This document shows, piece by piece, positions 1-10,783 of a stretch of DNA of 64,000 bases. Below the pieces are notes generated by a model, which made no database searches, was not told the DNA's origin, and saw only the letters and a program-made list of their open reading frames with translations. Source of the DNA: an uncultured Candidatus Saccharibacteria bacterium (GTDB lineage: Bacteria; Patescibacteriota; WWE3; 2-01-FULL-39-13); NCBI GenBank assembly GCA_965230915.1, contig OZ246395.1, positions 792,935 through 856,934 on the forward strand, given 5' to 3'. The position numbers and the translations under genes are program-made. The number at the start of each line of letters is the position of its first letter. Within the stretch, counting starts at the first letter, position 1.

Positions 1-68
1 TTTCTGTCAAGCAGCAAAAGGCGAAATTATAAGACTTTTAGAACTTTTAGACTAAACTCGCGTCCTTT

Positions 69-1166
69 CTATAAAACGGCCAATGCAAGGCCAATTAAGC
101 CCGAAATTATCGTAAAAAGCCAAAGTCTTTGAGTAACTTTGGTCTCGGGCCAACCTAATTTTTCAAAATGGTGGTGAATCGGCGCTATCAAGAATATACG
201 TTTACCGGTTAATTTTACTGACCACTGCTGAGATACACTCGAGACGATTTCGATTATAAAAATTGCCCCTATAAATAAAACCGAGACTTCTTCATGTAAA
301 AGTAATGGCAACAAGGCAAAAATTATACCAATAGGCATAGTTCCAACATCAGACATTTCTACTCTAGCCGGATTTATATTGAAATATAAAAAGGCTAATT
401 CAGCCCCTAATAAAATGAAGGCCAAATAGGCGACTTCGTCATAACCCAGGTAGGCGGCTAAAATCCCATAGAAGGCGAAGGCAATGCTATGAGTTCCAGC
501 TGATAGACCATCTAGTCCATCTGTTATTCCAAATGCATTTAAAAAGCCTATGAAATAAACAATCGCAAGTGGGATGTAGATATAAGCGTTTAATTCAAAA
601 GTTCCATATATTGGAAAAGTAATAGTTGCTCCATTATTGTTTGCCATTAGGTAATATACCGGGATTATTGCTAAAACCAGCTGCATTAAAAATTTATAAT
701 GTGCTTTCATTCCTCGTTGTTCGCTTCCCATTACGCGAATGGCCTCTTCGAAGGCCCTCCAAGGAACTAAAATAACATTTTTTACCTTATCAATAGGGCT
801 TGGAACTGGAAAAAGGCTTATTTTGAAACCTCCACTTATTCGAATTGCTTTAAATGTTCGACCTAAGGTGTTGGTGTATTCATCTATTGCTCCAAATATA
901 GCGCCAAATATTGTGATTAAAATAACTGCAGGGTAGTATTCCCAATCGCGCAATATAAGAGTAGCCAAAAGCAAAATTGTGATAACAATTATGGCCCCTC
1001 CCATTATTGGAGTTCCGAACTTTACTTGTTTACCGGGTAATAATGCATCAAGCTCGGCCTTGGAAACTCGACGTATATTGAATTTGTACAAAAATCTAAT
1101 AATAGGGAAAGCTATCAAAAAGGTTACAAAAAATGAAACTAAGGTTATCAGTATATATGACAGCAT
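69..1166 (-). CDS. mraY: Phospho-N-acetylmuramoyl-pentapeptide transferase
   Basis: KFGTPIMGG, TDGLDGL, MSDVG and APIHHHFEKLGWPETKV motifs; multi-TM. Confidence 0.95.
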   Translation of the reverse strand: MLSYILITLVSFFVTFLIAFPIIRFLYKFNIRRVSKAELDALLPGKQVKFGTPIMGGAIIVITILLLATLILRDWEYYPAVILITIFGAIFGAIDEYTNTLGRTFKAIRISGGFKISLFPVPSPIDKVKNVILVPWRAFEEAIRVMGSEQRGMKAHYKFLMQLVLAIIPVYYLMANNNGATITFPIYGTFELNAYIYIPLAIVYFIGFLNAFGITDGLDGLSAGTHSIAFAFYGILAAYLGYDEVAYLAFILLGAELAFLYFNINPARVEMSDVGTMPIGIIFALLPLLLHEEVSVLFIGAIFIIEIVSSVSQQWSVKLTGKRIFLIAPIHHHFEKLGWPETKVTQRLWLFTIISGLIGLALAVL

Positions 1167-1181
1167 AGGATTAAATTAATT

Positions 1182-2060
1182 TTACTTCTTTTTTCGTTTT
1201 GTGAGCAGTAACAAAATCGGAGTAGCAACAAACGGTGACGAATATGTTCCTAAAACTGTACCTATTAACAATGCAACAGCAAACCATTTTATAGTTATTC
1301 CGCCTAAGAGAGCTAAAGCCGTTAACATAAATATAATAGTCATTGAATTATTAAGTGACCTTGGCAAAGTTTCGGTAATAGCTAAATCGATGTTATCTTC
1401 GAATTTTGCACCTGGGAATTGTTTGTTATTTTCACGGATTCTGTCAAAAACAACAATTGTATCGTGCACACTAAAACTTAGTGTTGTTAACACCGCCGTC
1501 ACAAATAATGTATCGACCTCTACATTCATGAAGTGGCCAAAAAGGGAAAATGACCCGATTAATATAAACGTATCGTGGAACATGGCCAAAACAGCGGCAA
1601 GCCCGTATGTTCTATCTTTAAATTGGTATGTAACATACAAAGTAATTAATATAGCGGCAATAATCATCGCGGTTAATGTTTTTATTAAAAGTTCTTTACC
1701 CAAAGTTGGTCCAACGGTTTCAAACCTAACTTCTTCTGATTTAGATAGATCCTCATCAAAAGCAGCTAAAACTTCAGACTTTTTTGCTTCATTAATTGAA
1801 TTGGTCCTTATTATGTATGCGCTATTTTCATTAGAGCGTACAACCGAATAAACGGCAACATCTGAAACAGAAACGGCTGTTTTTTCTATTTTTTCGTTGT
1901 CTAAATTACTTTCATCGGCAAATTTAACTTCTAATAAAGCTCCGCCAACAAAATCAATTGATGGATTTAGTCGCCATAATACAAGTGAAATTGCGGCAAT
2001 TATAATCATTGCTACTGACAATCCTAAAAAATAACTTTTATATTTCATGAAATGAATCAT
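1182..2060 (-). CDS. secF: Protein translocase subunit SecF
   Basis: SIDFVGG, VGPTLGKEL, FSVHDTIVVFDRIRE; adjacent to secD. Confidence 0.97.
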   Translation of the reverse strand: MIHFMKYKSYFLGLSVAMIIIAAISLVLWRLNPSIDFVGGALLEVKFADESNLDNEKIEKTAVSVSDVAVYSVVRSNENSAYIIRTNSINEAKKSEVLAAFDEDLSKSEEVRFETVGPTLGKELLIKTLTAMIIAAILITLYVTYQFKDRTYGLAAVLAMFHDTFILIGSFSLFGHFMNVEVDTLFVTAVLTTLSFSVHDTIVVFDRIRENNKQFPGAKFEDNIDLAITETLPRSLNNSMTIIFMLTALALLGGITIKWFAVALLIGTVLGTYSSPFVATPILLLLTKRKKK

Positions 2061-2086
2061 ATTTTTATTACGAAAATATCAGCGAA

Positions 2087-3556
2087 TTACTTACTCGCAT
2101 CTATTCGTGCACTCCTTTTTGTATAGAAAACCCTAACTAAGTTTCTCGTTATAAAAACTCCAGTGAATAAGCTAATAAAAATTCCGAGTGCCAATGTAAG
2201 AGCAAATCCGCGAACCGGCCCGGATGTTGGTAAAAATCCCCAATCAAATGGATTGAATAATATAAATGCAGTCATCAAAGTTGCAAAGTTAGCATCGCGA
2301 ATTGAGTCCCATGAACGTCCAAAACCATTTTCTAATGCCAAGCTAAATGGCTTACCTAAACGCAACTCTTCTTTTATACGCTCAAATATAAGAATGTTCG
2401 CATCGACGGCCATACCAATAGAAAGTATGAATCCCGCCAAACCTGGCAAGGTTAAAACAACTGGAATTAGTTTGTATAAAGCTAACGTTAAAAGTCCATA
2501 TATTACTAGTGCGATACTTGCTAGAAAACCTAAACGTCCATAATAAAAGATCATGAATAGAATAACCAAGAATAATCCAACTGCACCAGCAAAAATACTT
2601 TTTTGCACCGATTCCTGACCTAAAGTCGGGCCGATTGTTCGTTGTTCTAAGACTTTAACCGAAACAGGTAAAGCTCCAGCATTTAACTGTGCGGCAATTG
2701 TTTTTGCTTCTTCTGGAGTAAATTGCCCTGTGATTACAGCAACACCATCATTAATAGTTGTCTGAACAGTAGGAGCAATCAATAAATCTTCATCTAAATA
2801 GATTGCCAACTGTTTGCCTATATTGTTTTTAGTAAGTTCTCTGAATTTTTGTGTTCCTTCATTATTAAATTGAAGCTGAATTTCCGGAGCATTTGGAGTT
2901 TGTGAAGTCGACTGTCCAAAAACTACTGCTGCTTTTCTGAGGTCCGCTCCTGTTAAATCGGTTTTATTGTATTGAGGAACTGTAACGGTTTGCTCTTCTT
3001 GATCGCCATTTGCAGGAATCTTGATATCCTGAGGTTCACCCTGGGTTCTAAATTCCAGTTGTGCAACTTGGCCGATTGTTTCTAAAGCTTGCTGAGTATC
3101 GAAAGTTCCAGCTAATTCAACGATTACACGATAATTGGAACCAGTTTGAGATGTCTGAACATTAGCTTCGGAAATTCCCAATAAGTTTACACGGCGTTCA
3201 ATAACATCTTTCAGAGAGTTTAATGCTTGTGGGCGATCGGCTTCAGCAACTTTTGACATGTCGGCGTCTAATAGAATGCTAACTCCGCCGGCGATATCTA
3301 AACCTTGTTTGACTTCAAGATCACGCTGGACTAGTCCTCCAAATAAATTTAGAGAATAACCACCGATATCTTGTTTAAATTGGATTTTTTTGCCTTGTAT
3401 CCAAGATGAAGGTAAAACTTTTGCAATAGAAGAATTTTCTAGATCGTAATTAACGTCTATTGTTTTTCTAGGTAAATCTACAAATATGCAAAAAATGCTT
3501 ATCGAGAGTACCAATAGAAGAACGTATCTTGGATTTGAAAAAAATTCTTTAAACAT
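2087..3556 (-). CDS. secD: Protein translocase subunit SecD
   Basis: GLDIAGG, IERRVN, GALP, IGPTLG, GMAVDANILIFERIKEE. Confidence 0.97.
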   Translation of the reverse strand: MFKEFFSNPRYVLLLVLSISIFCIFVDLPRKTIDVNYDLENSSIAKVLPSSWIQGKKIQFKQDIGGYSLNLFGGLVQRDLEVKQGLDIAGGVSILLDADMSKVAEADRPQALNSLKDVIERRVNLLGISEANVQTSQTGSNYRVIVELAGTFDTQQALETIGQVAQLEFRTQGEPQDIKIPANGDQEEQTVTVPQYNKTDLTGADLRKAAVVFGQSTSQTPNAPEIQLQFNNEGTQKFRELTKNNIGKQLAIYLDEDLLIAPTVQTTINDGVAVITGQFTPEEAKTIAAQLNAGALPVSVKVLEQRTIGPTLGQESVQKSIFAGAVGLFLVILFMIFYYGRLGFLASIALVIYGLLTLALYKLIPVVLTLPGLAGFILSIGMAVDANILIFERIKEELRLGKPFSLALENGFGRSWDSIRDANFATLMTAFILFNPFDWGFLPTSGPVRGFALTLALGIFISLFTGVFITRNLVRVFYTKRSARIDASK

Positions 3557-3570
3557 GCTTTAGCTCTTTA

Positions 3571-4155
3571 TTAATGAAAAGAGAGATATTTAGATGTATC
3601 TCCTAAAAGGACTATAGTTGGTGCTATCAAAAATGCAAGAAGAAAAGTATCTCTTCTGCTTTTTAGGTATTCGAACTCTTCTTCGCCTAAAACTGTATAG
3701 TTAATATCGCGCTTTAATTCCTGCTGTGCTGTTTTCACAATTTCATCTAGCACTTCTAAGTTAGCCTGACCAACTACTAATAAATCAAGTTCAGTTTTTT
3801 CTGATTCGCGGCCTTCGGCAAATTCTGTAGAAAGCAATACCAATCTAATTTTGCCTAACTGGTTTTCTTTTGAAACTATACCTTTTCCAACTCCAACCTC
3901 TTTAGAAACCATAGATACTAAATCGTAGTAAAGTGGATAGTCTTTTCTTACTAAATAGTAAAGACGATTTCCACGTTTTTCCTTTTTGATGATCCCGGCT
4001 GATGTTAAACGTTTTAATTCACGACGAACTGCATTTATTTCAGTTCCGACACGGCGGGTAAGCTCGCGAACGTATAAATGCTTTTGTGTTTCGGAGAAAA
4101 GCTCCATTAATATCTTCACACGAACTTCAGAAGTTATTATGTCTTGTAGGTACAT
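3571..4155 (-). CDS. Winged-helix transcriptional regulator with C-terminal nucleotidyltransferase-like domain
   Basis: N-terminal YVRELTR..INAVRREL wHTH; ELDLLVVG C-terminal motif. Confidence 0.7.
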   Translation of the reverse strand: MYLQDIITSEVRVKILMELFSETQKHLYVRELTRRVGTEINAVRRELKRLTSAGIIKKEKRGNRLYYLVRKDYPLYYDLVSMVSKEVGVGKGIVSKENQLGKIRLVLLSTEFAEGRESEKTELDLLVVGQANLEVLDEIVKTAQQELKRDINYTVLGEEEFEYLKSRRDTFLLAFLIAPTIVLLGDTSKYLSFH

Positions 4156-4178
4156 GCTCTTAATAGGCAGAAACTAAT

Positions 4179-4370
4179 TTATTTAATTTCGGCAGCAACT
4201 AACTCTATTTTATTACACTGAGGGCAGCGGAAGGCTTTAACAATGAACTTACTCCATAGGAGTTTCATAAGCCATTTATCGGCAGAAGTTGGTTGACTAG
4301 GAATCCATAGTCCACCATGAGCTGCTAATCTTCCTTCTAACATTTCTACATTACATTTTGGACATGTCAT
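4179..4370 (-). CDS. Small zinc-ribbon protein
   Basis: CPKC...CPQC pairs, 63 aa, fits between co-oriented neighbours. Confidence 0.7.
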   Translation of the reverse strand: MTCPKCNVEMLEGRLAAHGGLWIPSQPTSADKWLMKLLWSKFIVKAFRCPQCNKIELVAAEIK

Positions 4371-4371
4371 T

Positions 4372-5871
4372 TTAATTTCCTCCAGTTGTTGCAGCAGGTG
4401 AGGCAGATTGGTAATTAACTTTATTTTCTGGTTTTACTAATTGAACCCAAATCTGTCCGCGTACAAATTCTACCTCATTTCCTTGTAAATCGGTATACTT
4501 ATCTAGTGTTTCTGCATCTGGTCGTGACCATTTTGCCTGAATAACTTTTCCGTCCTGAAAAATTAATGCGTCACCAGTTCCAAGTAACTGCTGGTACAAA
4601 TGATGTTTGCCATCATTAACAGGAGTTTCTTTCGTGAATCGTACAATAATACTTTTTGCACGGAGTTCCTGATTATTTCCTGCATCAATTTGTTTTACAT
4701 CTCCTTGATATCTTATGTATTCATTCTTATCTTTGTCATAAACCCATTTAACATTAAATCCCGCCATAGTATCCCAGAAGTTATATGTAATTGGAGTTGC
4801 AGCACCAATATCACCGCGGTCTTCTGGCTTCGCATCGTCTTTGAACTTCCATTTATATTTAAGTGGAATATTTTTGTGCCAGCTTTCCTCGACACGAATT
4901 TCTTTTGCCTTATCGTAAATCTTTGGAAGCGCAACATAAGATGTATGTTCAATGGCTAAACCAGCAGCACGGCGAGCGCTATCACGACCGAAAACGCATG
5001 ACGGTGCATCGTCCTGGCAAGCATAATTCCCACCATCAATATTTGGAAGCCCAAGGCTCACAATTCTCGCATAAGCATCTACATCTGGCTCAGTGTCTTT
5101 GGCGCAAGTTCCAGCTGTTTGACATGCAGGGACATGAGCAGCACCCCAGTGCACAAAGTGAGGAAAGTAAGCAGAGGCTAATTCGGCATTGTAATACCTA
5201 GCAGATCTTACAGACATTACTTTGTCCGGAATCTTCGACCAAAAAACTGGCATCATACGTGTGATTCCGCCTTCTTCAACAGCTTCGTAAATGACATCTG
5301 CCTGGGATAATCCGGCGCTCGGCCTGGCATCAACGTAGTTGTTTACCATTACAGTTATTGGTTTTTTATCTTTAAATTTTGCGGCATCTTCGTTGGATAC
5401 ATATGCTCCATTAAGTGGATTTTCCCAACGGTTATTGTCGGTTACAGGAACACTGCCTGTCTCAGTTGGTTCCTCTTTTCCTGGAATTGGAGTTACAAAA
5501 TTCACATTTTCAAAAATATATTTGTAAGCGAAAATCCCTATAAGAAGTGCCAATACAACTGAAAGGACAATAACGATCCATCTATTTTTTGGGTTTTGCA
5601 TAATTTTTTTCGTTGGCTGCATTCGAATTACATCAGCTCTTTGACGTGATGGAAATGGTGCATGCAATGATTTAGCTGGAGTAGGGGATTCTTTAGAATT
5701 TTTTGGTTCTTCATTATTTTCAATAGATTTATCCTCTGGCACACTCCTTACAGATTTTGCAGGTTCATTCGAAGCTAAGTGGCCAAATCCTGATATACCC
5801 ATAGGGCTTGCTGGTTTCGCTGCACCTTCTTCATTTTCACGGGAATAGTTTTTTACGGTTGCCGAGGTCAT
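4372..5871 (-). CDS. DUF3048 (YerB-like) membrane-anchored protein
   Basis: VMVNN..ARP.AGLSQADVIYE..EGGITR, SVRSAR, RGQIWVQLV; single TM. Confidence 0.85.
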   Translation of the reverse strand: MTSATVKNYSRENEEGAAKPASPMGISGFGHLASNEPAKSVRSVPEDKSIENNEEPKNSKESPTPAKSLHAPFPSRQRADVIRMQPTKKIMQNPKNRWIVIVLSVVLALLIGIFAYKYIFENVNFVTPIPGKEEPTETGSVPVTDNNRWENPLNGAYVSNEDAAKFKDKKPITVMVNNYVDARPSAGLSQADVIYEAVEEGGITRMMPVFWSKIPDKVMSVRSARYYNAELASAYFPHFVHWGAAHVPACQTAGTCAKDTEPDVDAYARIVSLGLPNIDGGNYACQDDAPSCVFGRDSARRAAGLAIEHTSYVALPKIYDKAKEIRVEESWHKNIPLKYKWKFKDDAKPEDRGDIGAATPITYNFWDTMAGFNVKWVYDKDKNEYIRYQGDVKQIDAGNNQELRAKSIIVRFTKETPVNDGKHHLYQQLLGTGDALIFQDGKVIQAKWSRPDAETLDKYTDLQGNEVEFVRGQIWVQLVKPENKVNYQSASPAATTGGN

Positions 5872-5884
5872 TCAGTATATTCTA

Positions 5885-5902
5885 TAATCGACTCGTCGAT
5901 TA
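5885..5902. promoter_or_regulatory. Palindromic operator candidate between divergent genes
   Basis: TAATCGAC-tc-GTCGATTA lying between TTGACT and TAGAAT boxes on the minus strand. Confidence 0.5.
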
Positions 5903-5927
5903 AGTCAAAATATTAAACGAGCAAATT

Positions 5928-6218
5928 ATGTCGAAAAATAAAGACAAAAGAAAAGATAAAAAACTCAGACAATCAATTGAAATATTAAAAGCTCAATTAA
6001 AAGATAATATTCAGATTGAAATTAAAACTGATAATTCGGCTGGCTCTATCAAAACTGTAACTAAAGCTAAACCTTCTGATGTTAAGTCAAATTTGGCAAA
6101 GATAAATTTTGTCGAAGATAAATACATAAAACAAGATTTGGTAAAGACAGTTATTTTATCGGCAGGAGCATTCGCTGCAATAATTATTCTTTGGGTTCTT
6201 AACATTACCAGCTTCTAA
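5928..6218 (+). CDS. Hypothetical protein with C-terminal TM
   Basis: 96 aa, basic N-terminus, hydrophobic C-terminus. Confidence 0.6.
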   Translation: MSKNKDKRKDKKLRQSIEILKAQLKDNIQIEIKTDNSAGSIKTVTKAKPSDVKSNLAKINFVEDKYIKQDLVKTVILSAGAFAAIIILWVLNITSF

Positions 6219-7714
6219 TTTTGCAAATAAGACTTATATTGGATCGCCTCTAATAAATGTTCGTTCTTAATTTCTTCTGAACTTTCTATATCAGCTATTG
6301 TTCTAGAAACTTTCAAAATTTTATGCACGCTTCGAGATGAATATTTTTTGTGCAACGTATTTAGCGTTTCAATCGCGTCTTTTTCTAGTGTGCAAACTAA
6401 TTTTATTTCCTCGATAGAAAGGTCAGCATTGTATTTAAATTCTTTATTTAGACTTTTGAATCTTGAGATTTGCTTGTCACGAAGTTTTGTAATTTTATTT
6501 TTAATATTTTGCGACGTCTCGTACAATTCGTTTTTGATTAATTCGCCAGCACTTACGGAATATATATTCAAAAAGATATCTATGCGATCCATAAGTGGAG
6601 TTTTCAATTTATCGAGATATTTTTTGATTTGTTGGTCTGAGCAAACACAATTCATATCAGGGTCACCATAATTTCCACAAGGACAGGGATTCGCACAAAT
6701 AACTAGCAAAAAATCACATGGCAAAGTAGTATTATATTTTTTGCCGAATATTTGAATTGTCTTATCTTCAACTGGTTTTCTTAAGGCATTTACCAATTGG
6801 TTATTAAATTCGGTAAACTCATCTATAAATAAAATTCCCTTATGAGCGAGCGTAATTTCGCCAAGTTTTAAGGGAGTCCCTCCACCCAAAAGCGAGCGGG
6901 CAGATATTGGGTGGTTTACAGTTCTGAAATTTGGAATAAGCGAAAATTTATTTTCTGTTAACGAACTTATCCTCATTACATCTAATAAATCATCCTTCAA
7001 TAGATTAGGAAGAATTGACTGCAAAGCTTGTGCAAGAATAGTCTTACCCGAACCAGCTGATCCGATTAAACAGATATTGTGACGTCCAGTCGCCGCAACT
7101 TCTAAAGCTCGCTTTGCGATTTGCTGGCCACTAATATTTTCAAACAAGGTTTTAAAATGAATTTTACTATTATAATTTTGCACCAGATTATGAAACCTAA
7201 AATTTCTAGTCTGCAAGGCCATAACTAAATCTTTAAGATTTTTGTATGACAGGATTTTTAGATCATCAATAAAACTAATGTCAGATAAATTAGATTCTGG
7301 AACGACAAAAATTTTTTTATTAGATTTTGCTTCAAGTGCTAAAAGAACCGATCCGGAAATTTTATTTATTTCGCCATTAAGTGACAGTTCTCCTGCAAAC
7401 AAAAAATCATTTAATTCGCTCTTAATTATGCCAGCTGCAGCTAAAATCCCAATGGCGACCGGAACGTCGTAAAGTGTACCGCGTTTAGAAATATCAGCAG
7501 GTGCTAAATTTACAACAATTTTTTTACTTGGGAAGTTAAATCCTGAATTCCTAATCGCCGATTTAATACGTTCTCGCGATTCGTTTATCTCTTTAGCAGG
7601 TAACCCGACAATCTCAAACTTAGGGAATCCCCTACTATCTATATTCACTTCTATATTTACCTTTGTTGTTTCAAAACCAGTTATAACCGCAGAATTAATA
7701 TTTTTGAACGACAT
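6215..7714 (-). CDS. comM: YifB/ComM family AAA+ ATPase (Mg-chelatase-like)
   Basis: IVGLP..ESRER, NLAPAD, GSAGSGKT, LAHKGILFIDE, NPCPCG. Confidence 0.92.
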   Translation of the reverse strand: MSFKNINSAVITGFETTKVNIEVNIDSRGFPKFEIVGLPAKEINESRERIKSAIRNSGFNFPSKKIVVNLAPADISKRGTLYDVPVAIGILAAAGIIKSELNDFLFAGELSLNGEINKISGSVLLALEAKSNKKIFVVPESNLSDISFIDDLKILSYKNLKDLVMALQTRNFRFHNLVQNYNSKIHFKTLFENISGQQIAKRALEVAATGRHNICLIGSAGSGKTILAQALQSILPNLLKDDLLDVMRISSLTENKFSLIPNFRTVNHPISARSLLGGGTPLKLGEITLAHKGILFIDEFTEFNNQLVNALRKPVEDKTIQIFGKKYNTTLPCDFLLVICANPCPCGNYGDPDMNCVCSDQQIKKYLDKLKTPLMDRIDIFLNIYSVSAGELIKNELYETSQNIKNKITKLRDKQISRFKSLNKEFKYNADLSIEEIKLVCTLEKDAIETLNTLHKKYSSRSVHKILKVSRTIADIESSEEIKNEHLLEAIQYKSYLQN

Positions 7715-7770
7715 ATTCAAATAATAAATCTACAAGATTAAATATTTATTAAATTTTAATTAAGGAATGA

Positions 7771-8754
7771 TTACAAATATTTAGCAACGTTGGCGTTATG
7801 TTGATCCAGTGTTTCAGCATAATGAGTTGTACCGTCTTTTCCTGTTATATAAAACCAATATGGGGTTTCTTCGTAGTTGATTACAGCCTGAATCGAATCA
7901 AGTGATGGATTACTTATAGGAGCTGGAGGCAATTCTTTATGAGAGTAAGTATTATATGGAGAATCAATATTCTGCAAGTCATTCCTAGTTACTGTAGGCC
8001 ACCAATCCGCTTCGGTGCCCTTTGCATATTGAACAGTTGCATCGGCTTGCATAGGCCAGCCATTTTGCCATCGTTTAACCAAAATTCCAGCAACTTTAGG
8101 TCGGTCTTTCTTAATATTCATTTCCCTTTCTAAAATTGATGCAATGATTATAGTTTGATCTAAAGTTAGCCCTCGTGATTGTGCTTTCGCAACTAAATCT
8201 GAAGTAACTCTTTTGTCAAAAGTATTTCGCATCCAGGACGCTAAATTATTAGCTGGATAATCTTCTTCGATAATATATGTGTCTGGGAACATGTAGCCTT
8301 CTTTCAGATAAGAACTTTTTGCAAATTCATCTGCAAATTCATCTCCGACCTGTTCGCGAAGATAATCAACGTATTCTTCTGTTCTCCATCCTTCAATAAA
8401 AGTTAGTTTAGTTTCGAATGTTCCATTTTGTAATTCGTCGACCAACTTTACTAAAGTCAGACTTTCATTTGGTATCCGATAGTATCCGGCTTGAATGCTT
8501 TTTTGCTTATTCAAGAATAAGTAGGCTTTTAAAATTAATGGGTTAGAAATAATACCTTCTTTTGTAAAGTAACTAGAAATTTCTTCAACACCCATCCCCC
8601 TTTCGATAGTTATGGTTAGTTGTTTTTCATCTTCACCTAAGGCAATCTGTTTGTGAATTTCACTGTTATAATAAGAGTATCCGATCAGTCCTGCAAAAAC
8701 TAAAATAGCAGCGACAATTGAGAAGATAATCAACAGTAATTTACCGAATTTCAT
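7771..8754 (-). CDS. mltG: Endolytic transglycosylase MltG
   Basis: EGYMFPDTY, IASILERE, MQADATVQY, SPYNTY, LPPAPISNP. Confidence 0.95.
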   Translation of the reverse strand: MKFGKLLLIIFSIVAAILVFAGLIGYSYYNSEIHKQIALGEDEKQLTITIERGMGVEEISSYFTKEGIISNPLILKAYLFLNKQKSIQAGYYRIPNESLTLVKLVDELQNGTFETKLTFIEGWRTEEYVDYLREQVGDEFADEFAKSSYLKEGYMFPDTYIIEEDYPANNLASWMRNTFDKRVTSDLVAKAQSRGLTLDQTIIIASILEREMNIKKDRPKVAGILVKRWQNGWPMQADATVQYAKGTEADWWPTVTRNDLQNIDSPYNTYSHKELPPAPISNPSLDSIQAVINYEETPYWFYITGKDGTTHYAETLDQHNANVAKYL

Positions 8755-9553
8755 GTCTATGAATGATAGTACCAGAAGCCCTCAAGATGATCTACGTTTT
8801 TTATTAAAAGATAAATATCACTTTTCCGAAATTGATATTGAAAAAATAATACATCACACAGATGAAAACTTATTAACAGAAGAATTAAAAAAAGATATAC
8901 AACTACTAAACTCCGGATATCCTCTTGATTATATTATCGGATTCACAGAATTCTTAGGATTAAAGATAAATTTAAACCACCGGCCACTAATTCCACGACC
9001 TGAAACTGAATATTGGACAGAAAAAATAATCAAATCATTAAGTCATGACAGCCAATTGAATATACTAGATATGTTTTGCGGGTCCGGGTGTATAGGCTTA
9101 ACTTTAATCAAAAATTTCCCAAATTCTAATTGCACCTTTGCAGACGTAAACCCGGATTTCTTATCGCAAACACAACAAAACGCGGAAATAAATAAAATTG
9201 ATACAAGCCGAATTCAACTGATCGAAAGCAATATATTCAGCAGCATATTCGGAACATTCGATTTAATTGTTGCGAATCCCCCCTATGTTTCAAAACACGA
9301 CCAAGTTGGGGAAGGTATAGAGCACGAACCACAAAGTGCGATATTTGCACAAAAAGATGGATTTGAATTAATCGAAAAATTTTTACAAGATGCCTCAAAA
9401 TATATAAATTCGGAAGGCCGCATTTTTATGGAATTTGGAGAAACTCAGAAAGATAAAGTGGAAGAATTATTGCGACTATATAAGTATACGCAATGGGATT
9501 TTCATAAGGATCAATTTGATAAATGGAGATGGGTTGAGATTAAAAGCGGCTAG
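8753..9553 (+). CDS. prmC: Release factor glutamine methyltransferase
   Basis: PLDYIIG, LIPRPETE, LDMFCGSGCIG, ANPPY. Confidence 0.93.
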   Translation: MSMNDSTRSPQDDLRFLLKDKYHFSEIDIEKIIHHTDENLLTEELKKDIQLLNSGYPLDYIIGFTEFLGLKINLNHRPLIPRPETEYWTEKIIKSLSHDSQLNILDMFCGSGCIGLTLIKNFPNSNCTFADVNPDFLSQTQQNAEINKIDTSRIQLIESNIFSSIFGTFDLIVANPPYVSKHDQVGEGIEHEPQSAIFAQKDGFELIEKFLQDASKYINSEGRIFMEFGETQKDKVEELLRLYKYTQWDFHKDQFDKWRWVEIKSG

Positions 9554-9844
9554 TTATTTTAGATTTTCGGGAAGTTCGGACGCAGAAAAATTCTGGCTCA
9601 AAGTTTTTACAGCTTCTTTCGCTACTTCAATAGACGCCCTACCAAAAACCGTCGCGTATTGATCGACCAACTCACCTAAAACATCAACAGGATTTGCGGC
9701 TGTATCTATTACGGGATTACCATCTGCCCCAAGTCTTAAATGATCAACACTCTGAACTAACTGCATTGATAAGTTTTTTCCTATTATTTTCTCCTGTTCT
9801 TTTGTAATAATAATAACAGCTTGTTGGTACTTTTCAGGAATCAT
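9554..9844 (-). CDS. Small helical hypothetical protein
   Basis: 96 aa ORF co-oriented with and directly downstream of a membrane protein gene. Confidence 0.65.
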   Translation of the reverse strand: MIPEKYQQAVIIITKEQEKIIGKNLSMQLVQSVDHLRLGADGNPVIDTAANPVDVLGELVDQYATVFGRASIEVAKEAVKTLSQNFSASELPENLK

Positions 9845-9854
9845 ATCTTCTCAA

Positions 9855-10703
9855 TTAATTTGCCTCAGTTAACTTAGCAGGCGCAACACCTAGATTAAAT
9901 AACCCTATTCCCATTATCATGTATGCCAAAATATATAAGTAATCACTAGGGCCACCTGAATAAAATGTTTCCTTATATATATCGTATGTGTAAAAAACAT
10001 CAGCTATATACTGTACAACTAGAGCTAGTAACAACAAAAGCACTTTAGACTTCATTCGACCTCCTAAGATATTTCGGGACAAAAAGAAAGCGAGAATTGC
10101 AAAAGCTAATGAAACAGACTGACCTATTGGGTAACCAATTTCAAGCAAAATAACTACTGGGTCTGGGTGCGAAAAGTCATATGTACTTATAAAGATTCCA
10201 TAGGATACAGCGAACCCAATTGCAACCATTAAAGTTATAAAAAGTAAAGAATAGATTTTAGCACTCGTATCTCTAAGCTTAACTTTGATACCCGCGGCTA
10301 CACTTATAAACCACGTACCTATTATGTAAATAGGTATACTGCCAAAATAGAAAATTTCTCCGAATGAAGGATATGCGACTTCAATATTATATGTATATCT
10401 AAAGAAGGCATAGCTTAGCTGACCTAGAAATTGAAATAGCAAACCCACTGACAAAAAAATTAGAGCTTTCCCAACAATACTGCGGAATCCATCCCACTGC
10501 CGATAAAATGAAAGTCCAAGTAATCCACCTAGCAAAGCAATAATCCCATATGAGTCTGTGTATATACTAAACAAATAGTTATCTTTATCGGGATATTCAA
10601 TATGGAGATAAATGATTGCTAAAGAATAAACAAAAAATAGAAGTACTAATATCCCAAAAGTGACTCTTCTCAATATCATTATCGAATTAGACATTAATTC
10701 CAT
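9855..10703 (-). CDS. Polytopic membrane protein, sensor-like (7-8 TM)
   Basis: Repeated hydrophobic segments; YPSFGEIFY motif resembles membrane input domains of sensor kinases. Confidence 0.6.
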   Translation of the reverse strand: MELMSNSIMILRRVTFGILVLLFFVYSLAIIYLHIEYPDKDNYLFSIYTDSYGIIALLGGLLGLSFYRQWDGFRSIVGKALIFLSVGLLFQFLGQLSYAFFRYTYNIEVAYPSFGEIFYFGSIPIYIIGTWFISVAAGIKVKLRDTSAKIYSLLFITLMVAIGFAVSYGIFISTYDFSHPDPVVILLEIGYPIGQSVSLAFAILAFFLSRNILGGRMKSKVLLLLLALVVQYIADVFYTYDIYKETFYSGGPSDYLYILAYMIMGIGLFNLGVAPAKLTEAN

Positions 10704-10783
10704 TCTATAATCGAAAATTTATTTGTGCAAGAAATCTATTTTTAGGTAGAATTAGGAAAGCAGTTATAGGTTTATTTATAATA

